The notes beneath the pieces were generated by a model. It had not been told where the DNA came from. It saw nothing but the letters and a program-made list of their open reading frames with translations, and ran no database searches. A stretch of DNA of 64,000 nt from Deltaproteobacteria bacterium (GTDB lineage: Bacteria > Desulfobacterota > Syntrophia > Syntrophales > UBA6807): assembly GCA_016935565.1 (NCBI GenBank), contig JAFGQS010000018.1, forward strand, positions 341-64,340, written 5' to 3'. The stretch's first letter is position 1. The number at the start of each line of letters is the position of its first letter. Below are positions 51,507-60,430 of this stretch, piece by piece. A program made the translations under genes and the position numbers.

Positions 51507-52567
51507 CAGGGTTTTTTCCTCAAGAAGATTTTTACTGGTTTTATTTTATTAAGTACCCAGTTCCACGAGAATTCCTTCGTTCCCATAATGCCGTTACGGG
51601 CAAATATCATCATCAGGATCAGTATTATGGAGAAGATAACCATTCTCATTCCCGGTATTGCCGGAATGTGGATAAACCAGAAGTTTATCGGTTCTTCCAC
51701 GAACCTGAGATATTCGCCGCCAAAGGTAACGATGATTGCTGCAATACAGGCTCCCGTTGTACTGCCCAACCCACCGACGACGATCATTATGAGGAGATTG
51801 AACGTCAGGAAGAATGTAAAGAGCGTCGGTGATATCGTCGTAATAAGATGAGCGAGGATGCCTCCTCCCACACCTTCAAAAAAAGCACTCGTGGTAAAGG
51901 CGAGCATCTTGTGCCAGAATGCGTTGATGCCGACGGCCTCGGCTGCCGTTTCATCGTATTTTACCGCTTTCATGGCCCGTCCGAAACTGCTGCGCACCAG
52001 CCGGGCAATAAAGAAAACCGTAATGATTGCAATACCCCAGGACCACCACAAATTGGTGTGCGGTGCGATACCCTTGAGACCCAGAGGACCATTGGTAATA
52101 GTCTGGGTATTATTTGCCACAACACGGACGACTTCGCCGAATCCGAGGGTAACGATGGCGAGATAATCACCGCGAACCCGGAATACGGGGAAACCCATAA
52201 GGAAGCCGACGAATGCCGTTACAACGCCTGCCGCCAGAAGGGAAATGAAAAAAGGTGCATGAAGGACACCCAACGGCCACATAATCGGTTCAATGATAAA
52301 GGATAATTGCTTTTCTGCCGGCGTAAGGGTCAGCAATGCCGACGTGTAGGCACCGATGGCAACGAAGGCATTCGGTTCCAGCGAGAACTGTCCGGTTACA
52401 CCGTTAATAAGATTGTAACTTGCGGCAAGGATGACGAACAAGGCACAGTTATTAAGAATTCTTATCTGGTAACTCGTGGCATATTCCTGCGCGCCGTAAA
52501 GAAAAAGGAGGCCGATGCCTACGGCTATGACGGTCAGTATTTGATTTCTTCGATGATGTTCTTCCAA
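51506..52567 (-). CDS. livM: branched-chain amino acid ABC transporter permease
   Basis: 353 aa, multi-TM, LivM-type. Start/stop overlaps livG. Confidence 0.9.
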   Translation of the reverse strand: MEEHHRRNQILTVIAVGIGLLFLYGAQEYATSYQIRILNNCALFVILAASYNLINGVTGQFSLEPNAFVAIGAYTSALLTLTPAEKQLSFIIEPIMWPLGVLHAPFFISLLAAGVVTAFVGFLMGFPVFRVRGDYLAIVTLGFGEVVRVVANNTQTITNGPLGLKGIAPHTNLWWSWGIAIITVFFIARLVRSSFGRAMKAVKYDETAAEAVGINAFWHKMLAFTTSAFFEGVGGGILAHLITTISPTLFTFFLTFNLLIMIVVGGLGSTTGACIAAIIVTFGGEYLRFVEEPINFWFIHIPAIPGMRMVIFSIILILMMIFARNGIMGTKEFSWNWVLNKIKPVKIFLRKKP

Positions 52568-52587
52568 TTCTAATTGACCCTTAGCTA

Positions 52588-53475
52588 TTATTCCGGTAAT
52601 TTTTCTCCCATCAAGCCCGTCGGTCTGAAAATCAGGATCAGAATGAGTATTGCAAAGGCGATGGCGTCTCTGTACCCTGATAAGTCGGGGCGGATTGCCA
52701 CAAGGAGTATCTCTGCAAGTCCGAGCAAGAGACCCCCGATCATAGCCCCCGCGACGTTACCGATACCTCCCAATACCGCAGCAACAAAAGCCTTCAGGCC
52801 CGGTATGATTCCCATTAACGGGTTGATCTGCGGGTATCTCATGGCCCACATGATTCCCCCTGCGGCTGCCGCAACGGAACCGACTGCAAAGGTAATAGCA
52901 ATTACTCTGTTGACATCAACACCCATTAATCGGGTTGTTTCCATATCATGGGAAATGCATCGCATAGCCCGTCCCACTTTTGTCTTATAGATAATAAAGA
53001 GAATAACAGCTAATATAAGCAGAGTGATAATCGGTACCCAGATGAGAAGCTCGAGAAAGCGTACACCGCCGATGGTGTGAACCTCACTGAATATCTCCGG
53101 TCGATAGAAGGCCTTTTGACGTCCGCCGAATACAACCAAACCCGCATTTTCAAGGAGGAATGAAACACCGATTGCGGTGATAAGTGCTGAAATACGGGGT
53201 GCGTTTCTCACGGGCCGATAGGCGCCGCGGTCGATCAACACACCGAGTAACCCTGTCAGAACAAGGGCAATGATAAATGAGGCCCACCAGGGAAGCGAAA
53301 ACATCATGATGCCGTAAAATGCAAAGAAGCATCCCATCATCATGACATCGCCGTGGGCGAAGTTTATAAGCCGCAGTATCCCATATACCATGGTGTAACC
53401 GATGGCGATGAGACCGTATAAACTGCCGAGGGATATGCCGTTGATAAGTTGTTGGGCAAATACGGTGGGTTCCAA
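52588..53475 (-). CDS. livH: branched-chain amino acid ABC transporter permease
   Basis: 295 aa. N-terminus FAQQLINGISLGSLYGLIAIGYTMVYGILRLINFAHGD is typical of LivH. Confidence 0.9.
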   Translation of the reverse strand: MEPTVFAQQLINGISLGSLYGLIAIGYTMVYGILRLINFAHGDVMMMGCFFAFYGIMMFSLPWWASFIIALVLTGLLGVLIDRGAYRPVRNAPRISALITAIGVSFLLENAGLVVFGGRQKAFYRPEIFSEVHTIGGVRFLELLIWVPIITLLILAVILFIIYKTKVGRAMRCISHDMETTRLMGVDVNRVIAITFAVGSVAAAAGGIMWAMRYPQINPLMGIIPGLKAFVAAVLGGIGNVAGAMIGGLLLGLAEILLVAIRPDLSGYRDAIAFAILILILIFRPTGLMGEKLPE

Positions 53476-53539
53476 GAAAAAACCTCTGTTTGTTTACGAT
53501 ACATTGTAATGAATTTCTCTTACCACAAGAGAAATTCAT

Positions 53540-53580
53540 GAAAAAAGGATAGGGGAATGTTTATATCCATCCCCTATCCT
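53540..53580 (-). terminator. intra-operon rho-independent terminator after the binding-protein gene
   Basis: On the minus strand: AGGATAGGGGA-13 nt loop-TCCCCTATCCT (11-bp perfect stem) followed by TTTTTT. A second 12-bp perfect hairpin lies at 53509-53539. Confidence 0.7.
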
Positions 53581-53619
53581 GATTGAGTAATTAACGACAA
53601 CGTTAATCGAATAAAGCTT

Positions 53620-54744
53620 TTATGGATTCAACGTAGCCAGATATCTGAATTGTCCATCTTTAACATTAAGTAGGACGAGACTCTTTATAGCATTTCCGTC
53701 CTCTCCAATATTAATAATACCGGAAACAGCCTTGAAATTCTTCGTGCTGGCAAGGGCTGCCCGTATCTTGTCGCCTTTCACTGACTTTGCTCGTGTAATA
53801 GCATCCATCAGAACAAAATAGGCATCGGCACCAAGCGCATCAAAAGCACTTGCTTCTTTTCCGGTGTCTTTTTCATATGCGTCGATGTACTTCTTTGCCA
53901 GCTCCGTAGCAGCAGCCTCTTTGGCAAAATGCCCGGTAAAGATAATTCCCTCGACATCCTTTCCGCCTATTGTGATAAGTTCCGGAGCCTGGGCGCCATC
54001 GGCTGTGAAGACAGGTACGTTCAGACCCAGCTCAGCAGCCTGCTTGCAGGCGAGGGCGACTTCGGTATAGTAATTCGGCATATAGAGGACATCCGGTTTT
54101 GCTGCCATGATTGAAGAGAGCTGCGCCGTAAAATCCTGATCTAACGTCTGGCAGTATGCTGTAGCAACGACCTTCCCACCATGCTTTATAAAGCTCTTGG
54201 CAAAGAAATTTGCCAATCCGACACAGTAATCCTGAGCAATGTCTACAAGAATGGCTGCTTTCTTTGCTCCGAGTTTTTCAGCAGCATATTTGGCTGCCAT
54301 TTCTCCCTGAAAAGGATCGATAAAACAGACACGAAAGACATATTCCCTGTTCTGAGTGACCAGAGGATTCGTAGCGGTCGGAGAGACCATCGGTATTTTA
54401 GCCTTATCGGCAATGGGACCCCCTGCCAGGGTGTTCCCGCTGATCGCTTCACCGATTATCGCGTGAACCTTATTCTTTTTGATAAGCCTGTCGACGGCAT
54501 TAGCTGCTTCGATCTTATCACTTTTCGTATCAACGAGAAATAGCTCTACTTTTTTGCCGAGAACCGTCGGCATAATTTTGTTAGCGGTCTGCACGCCCGC
54601 CCATTCCATCTGACCGTAAGCCGCGACCGGGCCGGTCATCGGCAGATAAACACCAATCTTGACAGTACCCTTTGCAGCGAAAGTGGGCCCCGCAAAACAA
54701 AAAACTAAAGACAAAGCCACGAAGCAAATAAATAATTTCCTCAT
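53620..54744 (-). CDS. livK: branched-chain amino acid ABC transporter substrate-binding protein
   Basis: Signal peptide MRKLFICFVALSLVFCFAGPTFA. Type-I periplasmic binding fold pattern (KIGVYLPMTGPVAAYG). Confidence 0.9.
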   Translation of the reverse strand: MRKLFICFVALSLVFCFAGPTFAAKGTVKIGVYLPMTGPVAAYGQMEWAGVQTANKIMPTVLGKKVELFLVDTKSDKIEAANAVDRLIKKNKVHAIIGEAISGNTLAGGPIADKAKIPMVSPTATNPLVTQNREYVFRVCFIDPFQGEMAAKYAAEKLGAKKAAILVDIAQDYCVGLANFFAKSFIKHGGKVVATAYCQTLDQDFTAQLSSIMAAKPDVLYMPNYYTEVALACKQAAELGLNVPVFTADGAQAPELITIGGKDVEGIIFTGHFAKEAAATELAKKYIDAYEKDTGKEASAFDALGADAYFVLMDAITRAKSVKGDKIRAALASTKNFKAVSGIINIGEDGNAIKSLVLLNVKDGQFRYLATLNP

Positions 54745-54870
54745 ACCACTGTGCCCTCCTTAAGCATAAATGTTAAATTGTTATTGTAAGCTGAAAACCC
54801 TGTAAAATGTAGGATTTCTACCATGAAAAACATTCTTTAGTCAAACAATATTTTGTATTTAAGCAGTTCT

Positions 54871-56208
54871 TTATCCCTGTTTCGAACCACTTTTTTTTCT
54901 GAAAATCAGTCTGATCGGTACCTGATCAAAATTAAGTTCTTCACGTATCTTGTTTGCAAGGTAACGCCGATATGAAAAATGAATACCTTTCGGTTCACGG
55001 ACGAAGAAGACAAACGTGGGAGGTTTCACCGAGGTCTGAGTAACATAGCTGAAATTATGGGGTCTGTTTCGATAACGGGGTGGGGGAAATATGCTTATGA
55101 ATTCACGGACTTTATTGTTGAGCTCAGCGGTAGGAACTCTCGTCGTATATTGATCGTACGTAGATTCGATCAGTTCGAATATCCTGAATATCCTCTGCCC
55201 CGTAAGGGCTGATAGCGATACAATGGGAGCAAAATCGAGATATTTCAATTTATCCTTTATCGTTCGGACGTGTTTCCCGATAGTGCTGTCATCTTTTTCG
55301 AGAAGATCCCACTTGTTGAGAACGATGATACAGATAACCCCTCTTTCGTATGCAAGCCCCGCTATTTTTGTGTCCTGCTCGGTTATACCTTCCGTGGCAT
55401 CTATCAGTATCAGGGCTACATTGCAGCGGTTGAGAGTTTTGACTGCTTCAATGACGGTGTATTGTTCGAGACGAAGGCTGACTTTGCTCTTCCGCCGTAT
55501 TCCGGCCGTATCGATGAGCAGATACTTCCGGTGGTTGTATTCAAAAGGCGTGTCGATGGCGTCTCTCGTTGTTCCCGGTACCGGGTTTACGATCGTTCTC
55601 TCGTATCCCAGTATTTTATTGATAAGTGACGACTTTCCCACATTCGGCTTTCCGATCACGGCAATTTTTATTCGCTCATCTTCCTCATCGATTACGTCTG
55701 ATAACGGGAGACATGCAACAACATCGTCCATCAGATCTCCAACACCGATCCCGCCATGCTGTGCAGAAATGGTATAAAGGCGTTCGACGCCCAACCGGTA
55801 AAAATCATATGAAAGGTCTTCATGCTTCAGTCCGTCGATTTTGTTGACGGCATAAAAGACGGGCTTTCGTGTTTTTCTCAGGATATTCGCAATTTCTACA
55901 TCTGACGGTGTCAAGCCTTCTCTGCCGTCCAGGAGAAAAATAATCGCATCGGCCTCCTCGATAGCAAGGTTGGTCTGCTCACGCATTTGAATGAGCATTC
56001 TTTCCATGGAGACGGGTTCGAATCCCCCCGTGTCGATGAGGGTAAAAAACTTGTCATTCCATTCCGAATCGGTGTAATTTCTGTCCCGCGTGGCACCGGG
56101 CTGATCAATGACGATGGCTTTTTTATGTAATGAGAGACGATTGAACAGGGTGGATTTTCCCACGTTCGGTCGTCCCACTATGGCAATAATTGGTTTCAAA
56201 GTGTTCAT
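54871..56208 (-). CDS. der: ribosome biogenesis GTPase Der (EngA)
   Basis: Two tandem G domains (GRPNVGKST..DTGG; GKPNVGKSS..DTAG) plus a KH-like C-terminus. Confidence 0.96.
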   Translation of the reverse strand: MNTLKPIIAIVGRPNVGKSTLFNRLSLHKKAIVIDQPGATRDRNYTDSEWNDKFFTLIDTGGFEPVSMERMLIQMREQTNLAIEEADAIIFLLDGREGLTPSDVEIANILRKTRKPVFYAVNKIDGLKHEDLSYDFYRLGVERLYTISAQHGGIGVGDLMDDVVACLPLSDVIDEEDERIKIAVIGKPNVGKSSLINKILGYERTIVNPVPGTTRDAIDTPFEYNHRKYLLIDTAGIRRKSKVSLRLEQYTVIEAVKTLNRCNVALILIDATEGITEQDTKIAGLAYERGVICIIVLNKWDLLEKDDSTIGKHVRTIKDKLKYLDFAPIVSLSALTGQRIFRIFELIESTYDQYTTRVPTAELNNKVREFISIFPPPRYRNRPHNFSYVTQTSVKPPTFVFFVREPKGIHFSYRRYLANKIREELNFDQVPIRLIFRKKSGSKQG

Positions 56209-56213
56209 TCTTT

Positions 56214-56247
56214 TAGCTTTCAGTTGTCAGCCTTCAGCTCTCAGCTG
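56214..56247. repeat. heptamer array (TAGCTT) TCAGTTG TCAGCCT TCAGCTC TCAGCTG
   Basis: Read directly in the 95-nt era-der spacer, ending 6 nt from the der start codon. Confidence 0.7.
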
Positions 56248-56303
56248 AAAATCGAACCTTTTGACAATTCAAGAACACCTGCGCTGATCGTTGATAGTTG
56301 ACA

Positions 56304-57197
56304 CTATTTGCCAATTTTGTATCCCAGTTCTGTGAGCATTCTTTCGTTACGAGTCCAATCTTTGCTCACTCTAACAAATAACTCCAGAAAAATTCTCGTA
56401 CCGAAGAATTTTTCCATCTCCAGTCGGGCCTGTTTCCCGATTTCTTTCAGCATACTTCCCTTTTTCCCGATAATGATACCCTTTTGTGAATTTTTTTCCA
56501 CATTGATAGTCGCCCGCATGCGGATTAAATTTCTTTTTTCATCTTCTTTAAAGGCTTCCAGAACGACGGCCGTTGAATAGGGTATTTCCTGATGGGTCAG
56601 CAACATCACTTTTTCCCTTATTATCTCTGCAGCGATGAACCGTTCGGAACTGTCGGTGTACATATCGTCGGGAAAGTATTTCGGTCCCTCCGGCAATAAA
56701 TTCCATATCACGTTGACGAGGGTGTCCACGTTAAATTCCTTCAATGCACTGAGAGGAATTATATCCCTGAAAGAATGCAGATCTTTTAACTCGTCAATCA
56801 GCGGAAGGAGCCTCTCCTTTTCAACGAGGTCAATCTTATTGATCAGCAGGATGACCGGAACTGTCGTATTTTTCATCGAGTTGACAATAAGGACATCCTC
56901 CTCACCGAAAGGAGTTTCCGCATCGACGATAAAGAGAATGACATCCACGTCGGCAAAGGTATTGAACGCTGTTGATACCATATAGCTATTCAACGGTGTT
57001 TTTGCCCGGTGTATGCCCGGCGTATCGAGAAATATGATTTGTCCCCTGTCGGAGTTTTTAATTCCAACGATCCTGTTTCTCGTCGTTTGCGGTTTGTGGG
57101 TCGTGATGGCAACTTTCTCGCCGATGATACAGTTAAAAAGGGTTGACTTTCCCACATTGGGTTTTCCGATAATTCCGACAAAACCTGATTTAAACAA
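56304..57197 (-). CDS. era: GTPase Era
   Basis: TTG 57197, preceded by AAGGAG with 6-nt spacing, gives MFKSGFVGIIGKPNVGKSTLFN. DTPG, NKID and a KH domain at the C-terminus. Confidence 0.94.
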   Translation of the reverse strand: MFKSGFVGIIGKPNVGKSTLFNCIIGEKVAITTHKPQTTRNRIVGIKNSDRGQIIFLDTPGIHRAKTPLNSYMVSTAFNTFADVDVILFIVDAETPFGEEDVLIVNSMKNTTVPVILLINKIDLVEKERLLPLIDELKDLHSFRDIIPLSALKEFNVDTLVNVIWNLLPEGPKYFPDDMYTDSSERFIAAEIIREKVMLLTHQEIPYSTAVVLEAFKEDEKRNLIRMRATINVEKNSQKGIIIGKKGSMLKEIGKQARLEMEKFFGTRIFLELFVRVSKDWTRNERMLTELGYKIGK

Positions 57198-57279
57198 AGC
57201 TGACTCCTTGATGCGAACGTATAATTTCAAATGCCGGATGCTAAATAAATATCAAAGCTCATCATGATAGAAATGTTTT

Positions 57280-58374
57280 TTAACACCCGGTGTTTTGGAT
57301 TTGATTTGGACTTTGGATCTCGACATTTGAAATTCTGAAAGTTTTATTTTTCTCTCCATTAATCACCAGAACGAGAGAGCCCCTTTCCTGTTTTGAATCT
57401 TCTCTGATCGAGATTAATGGTATGTCAAAGCGCTCTTTGAGCGTAACAGTATTTTTATTCTTCATGCCGCGAAAATCAGAAACGTCCTTCGGGTGAAGCC
57501 GGAACGTCACTTCTTCCTTCCGGGGCTGGGCCAATGTTAAAAGGTATGATGCCATGTCGAGGAAAATGGACCCGCTGACGAGGGATCTAAACGCAGGATG
57601 ATAGGGTCCTGCAACAATGCTTCCTGTCGTTTCCATTTCGCTTGTCGTCTGGAGACCGAGCCGGATGACGGGAATACGTGCCGTCTCGAATTTCCCGAGG
57701 GCATATTTACACAACCTGACGGCATCGGGCAAAGTCAAGGGTTCATAGTAGCCTTCTGCATACATTTCTGCCAGCGCAGTATTTCGAAAGACGATCGTTG
57801 GATGAATTCGTGCCATATCGGGATGAAGGCGTATCACTTCTTCTACCGTGTATTGGAACCGTTCTTCCGTATCACCAGGAAGTCCCACCATGAGGTGGAT
57901 GCCCGTTTTAAATCCGCTGTTTTGTAAGATGCCCACCGCGTTTCTTACATCATCCGATGTATGTCCCCGCTCTGAAAGAGTCAGAACCTCGTCAACCATG
58001 GACTGTGCTCCAATTTCGACTGTTGTTACAGAGTGTTGCTTCAGGAGCTTTACCCGATCGGGGTCGATGTAATCGGGTCGTGTTGAGATCCTGATTGAGT
58101 CTATCGGACCGCCTTGTATATATGCTTCCGCCGCTTCGAGCAGCTCAGTCTGGTAATTTTTATCAATGCCGGTAAAATTACCACCGTAAAACGCGATCTG
58201 GATGCTTTCCGTGTTCCGGTTCATTGTTTTCAGACATTTGTCGACAATGTTTCGAAACATATCTCCGGTAATCCTGTCGGGATGATTTCCGGCGGTGATC
58301 CGTTCGTTGCAGTAAATACAGCGATGGGGGCATCCTCGATACATAACGAAAATGGGAATGATTTTTTGACACAT
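57280..58374 (-). CDS. ELP3-like radical SAM protein without a recognisable acetyltransferase domain
   Basis: IPIFVMYRGCPHRCIYCNE (CX3CX2C). ISTRPDYID, VEIGAQSMVDEVL..RGHT and GFKTGIHLMVGLPGDT are collinear with the Elp3 radical SAM half. The C-terminal ~90 aa are not GNAT-like. Confidence 0.8.
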   Translation of the reverse strand: MCQKIIPIFVMYRGCPHRCIYCNERITAGNHPDRITGDMFRNIVDKCLKTMNRNTESIQIAFYGGNFTGIDKNYQTELLEAAEAYIQGGPIDSIRISTRPDYIDPDRVKLLKQHSVTTVEIGAQSMVDEVLTLSERGHTSDDVRNAVGILQNSGFKTGIHLMVGLPGDTEERFQYTVEEVIRLHPDMARIHPTIVFRNTALAEMYAEGYYEPLTLPDAVRLCKYALGKFETARIPVIRLGLQTTSEMETTGSIVAGPYHPAFRSLVSGSIFLDMASYLLTLAQPRKEEVTFRLHPKDVSDFRGMKNKNTVTLKERFDIPLISIREDSKQERGSLVLVINGEKNKTFRISNVEIQSPNQIQNTGC

Positions 58375-58401
58375 GATAATTCCTGCTTAATATGTCTCGA
58401 A

Positions 58402-59142
58402 CTACGTTTCGTCGTGGTAACGCTCTTCGAGTTTTTTCAAGGCGTTGTGTGCCGCATTTTGTTCGGCTTCTTTCTTGCTTCTTCCGGACCCTCGTGCCGT
58501 AATGATGTCTGGAATGGTCAGTTGTATCTCGAAGATTTTGTTATGGTCGGGACCGTATTCGTGAATCAGACTGTATTTTGGAACAATCTTATATTTACTC
58601 TGACTCAATTCCTGAAGGGATGTTTTGTAGTCGTGATGAAACGGATCTTCGGTCCATTCTCTAATGAGGGGCTGAAAAGCCCTGGCAATAAATGAAAGGA
58701 CCTTCTCAAATCCCCCATCACGGTAAATCGCTGCAATAACAGCCTCGAAGGCGTTTGACAGAATGGAATATTTGTGCCGTCCTCCCGAAGCCTCTTCTCC
58801 CTTACCAAGGAGGATGAAGTTACCGATACGAAATTTTTCCGCCAGTTTTGCCAGCGGCTGTTCATTGACGACAGACGCCCGCACCTTTGAAAGTTCTCCC
58901 TCGTTATATTCCGGGAATTGTTTCATCAATACGTCACTGATGCACAGTTCGAGAACGGCATCGCCAAGAAACTCCAGCCGTTCATTGTCCCGGTAGTTCA
59001 GGTCCTGGTTTTCATTTACAAATGATCGGTGAGTCAGGGCGGTATGCAGCAACATCATATTCTTGAATGTGTACGAAACAAGACCTTCAAGGACCTTGAG
59101 ATGTTCGATCCTCTCATTCGGAAGTTTCGATCTTGTGTCCAC
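58402..59142 (-). CDS. rnc: ribonuclease III
   Basis: Signature ERLEFLGDAVLE, plus a C-terminal dsRBD (..GSGRSKKEAEQNAAHNAL). Confidence 0.95.
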   Translation of the reverse strand: MDTRSKLPNERIEHLKVLEGLVSYTFKNMMLLHTALTHRSFVNENQDLNYRDNERLEFLGDAVLELCISDVLMKQFPEYNEGELSKVRASVVNEQPLAKLAEKFRIGNFILLGKGEEASGGRHKYSILSNAFEAVIAAIYRDGGFEKVLSFIARAFQPLIREWTEDPFHHDYKTSLQELSQSKYKIVPKYSLIHEYGPDHNKIFEIQLTIPDIITARGSGRSKKEAEQNAAHNALKKLEERYHDET

Positions 59143-60430
59143 GTATCTTTCCTCCCTCTGTATTGTCTGCTACAATTGTGACAATGTGATTTGCCATGGA
59201 ACGATTACCATTCGAAATCAGGACAGGTATATAATTATCTGAAAAACCTTTCATGAGGCCCGTTTCTCTGTCTTTTGTGTCTTCAACTAAAACGGATAGT
59301 TCCTTTCCAATAAATTTTGCATTATAGTCCATTCTTTTTTTCTTTCCAATATCCCGCAATAACTTTCCTCGCTCTTTTTTCAGAGACTCCCGTACCTGTC
59401 CCTGAAGAGTCAATGCAGCCGTTCCGGGACGCTGAGAATAGGGGAAGACGTGGAGATAAGCCACGGGCAAACGTTCAATAAACGTTCGTGTGTTGTTGAA
59501 TTCACGTTCTCCTTCACCTGGAAACCCCACCATGACATCAATCCCGATGGCAATCTCGGGAATTGCGTCCATAATTGTTTCTATCCGTTCTCGAAACCGG
59601 TCGGCGGTATAGTTCCTGTTCATCAATTGCAACACTGCATCGTCACCGCACTGCAGGGGTATGTGAATATGCCGGCAGATTGTCTGTGAAGCCTTCATAT
59701 AATCGATGAGTTCGTCCGTTACCTCCATCGGTTCGATAGAACTGAGTCGCAGTCGTTCGACCGCCTGACTCTGTTCGATCTTTTCCAGAAGATTTAACAG
59801 GCTGGTTTGTTGCGACAAATCGTGGCCATAGTTTCCCAGGTGAATCCCCGTCAGGACGATTTCCCGGTATCCCGAGCCGCTCAACGTTTCGATCTGCTTC
59901 ATAACTTCTTCTTCAGGAAGGCTCCTGCTGCGTCCCCGTGCATAGGGAATGATGCAGTAACTGCAGAAGGCATCGCATCCGTCTTGAATCTTGAGGAACG
60001 CCCGCGTGTGGCCGAGGAATTCACTGACGGTAAGGCCGGTACATTTCTTTTTCGAACCGATATCACTGACAATGATTTGTTGTTCCACGTCCGTCATAGT
60101 ATGAATCATATCAGGAATGTTTTCTTTGTGCTCTGTTCCTACAATCGCCCTCACACCGGGAAGAACGGCAAGATCTCCGGAGGCAACCTGGGCATAACAT
60201 CCGGTCGCAATGATTGATGCCGAAGGATTTATTCGGTGGGCTCTCCTGATCAACTGTCGTGATTGATAATCCGTTTTGCCCGTAACCGTACAGGTGTTGA
60301 CGATGTAAATGTCGGCACTGGTATTGAAGGGAACATGGATGAATCCCTTCTTTTTCAGTGCTTCAATTAATCCCGCCGACTCGTATTGATTTACCTTACA
60401 GCCGAGGGTGGCCAGGGCAACTTTAGTCAC
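59114..60430 (-). CDS. mtaB: MiaB-family tRNA methylthiotransferase (MtaB-like)
   Basis: GTG 60430 after AAGGGGG gives MTKVALATLGCKVNQYES. Radical SAM motif GCDAFCSYC. C-terminal TRAM-like region. Confidence 0.86.
   Translation of the reverse strand: MTKVALATLGCKVNQYESAGLIEALKKKGFIHVPFNTSADIYIVNTCTVTGKTDYQSRQLIRRAHRINPSASIIATGCYAQVASGDLAVLPGVRAIVGTEHKENIPDMIHTMTDVEQQIIVSDIGSKKKCTGLTVSEFLGHTRAFLKIQDGCDAFCSYCIIPYARGRSRSLPEEEVMKQIETLSGSGYREIVLTGIHLGNYGHDLSQQTSLLNLLEKIEQSQAVERLRLSSIEPMEVTDELIDYMKASQTICRHIHIPLQCGDDAVLQLMNRNYTADRFRERIETIMDAIPEIAIGIDVMVGFPGEGEREFNNTRTFIERLPVAYLHVFPYSQRPGTAALTLQGQVRESLKKERGKLLRDIGKKKRMDYNAKFIGKELSVLVEDTKDRETGLMKGFSDNYIPVLISNGNRSMANHIVTIVADNTEGGKIRGHKIETSE

Noticed and set aside
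54777-54790. 14-nt exact match ATTGTTATTGTAAG, also found at 61717-61730
   Set aside because: In 64 kb on both strands, several 14-mer coincidences are expected by chance, especially in AT-rich spacers. The flanks do not extend the match.
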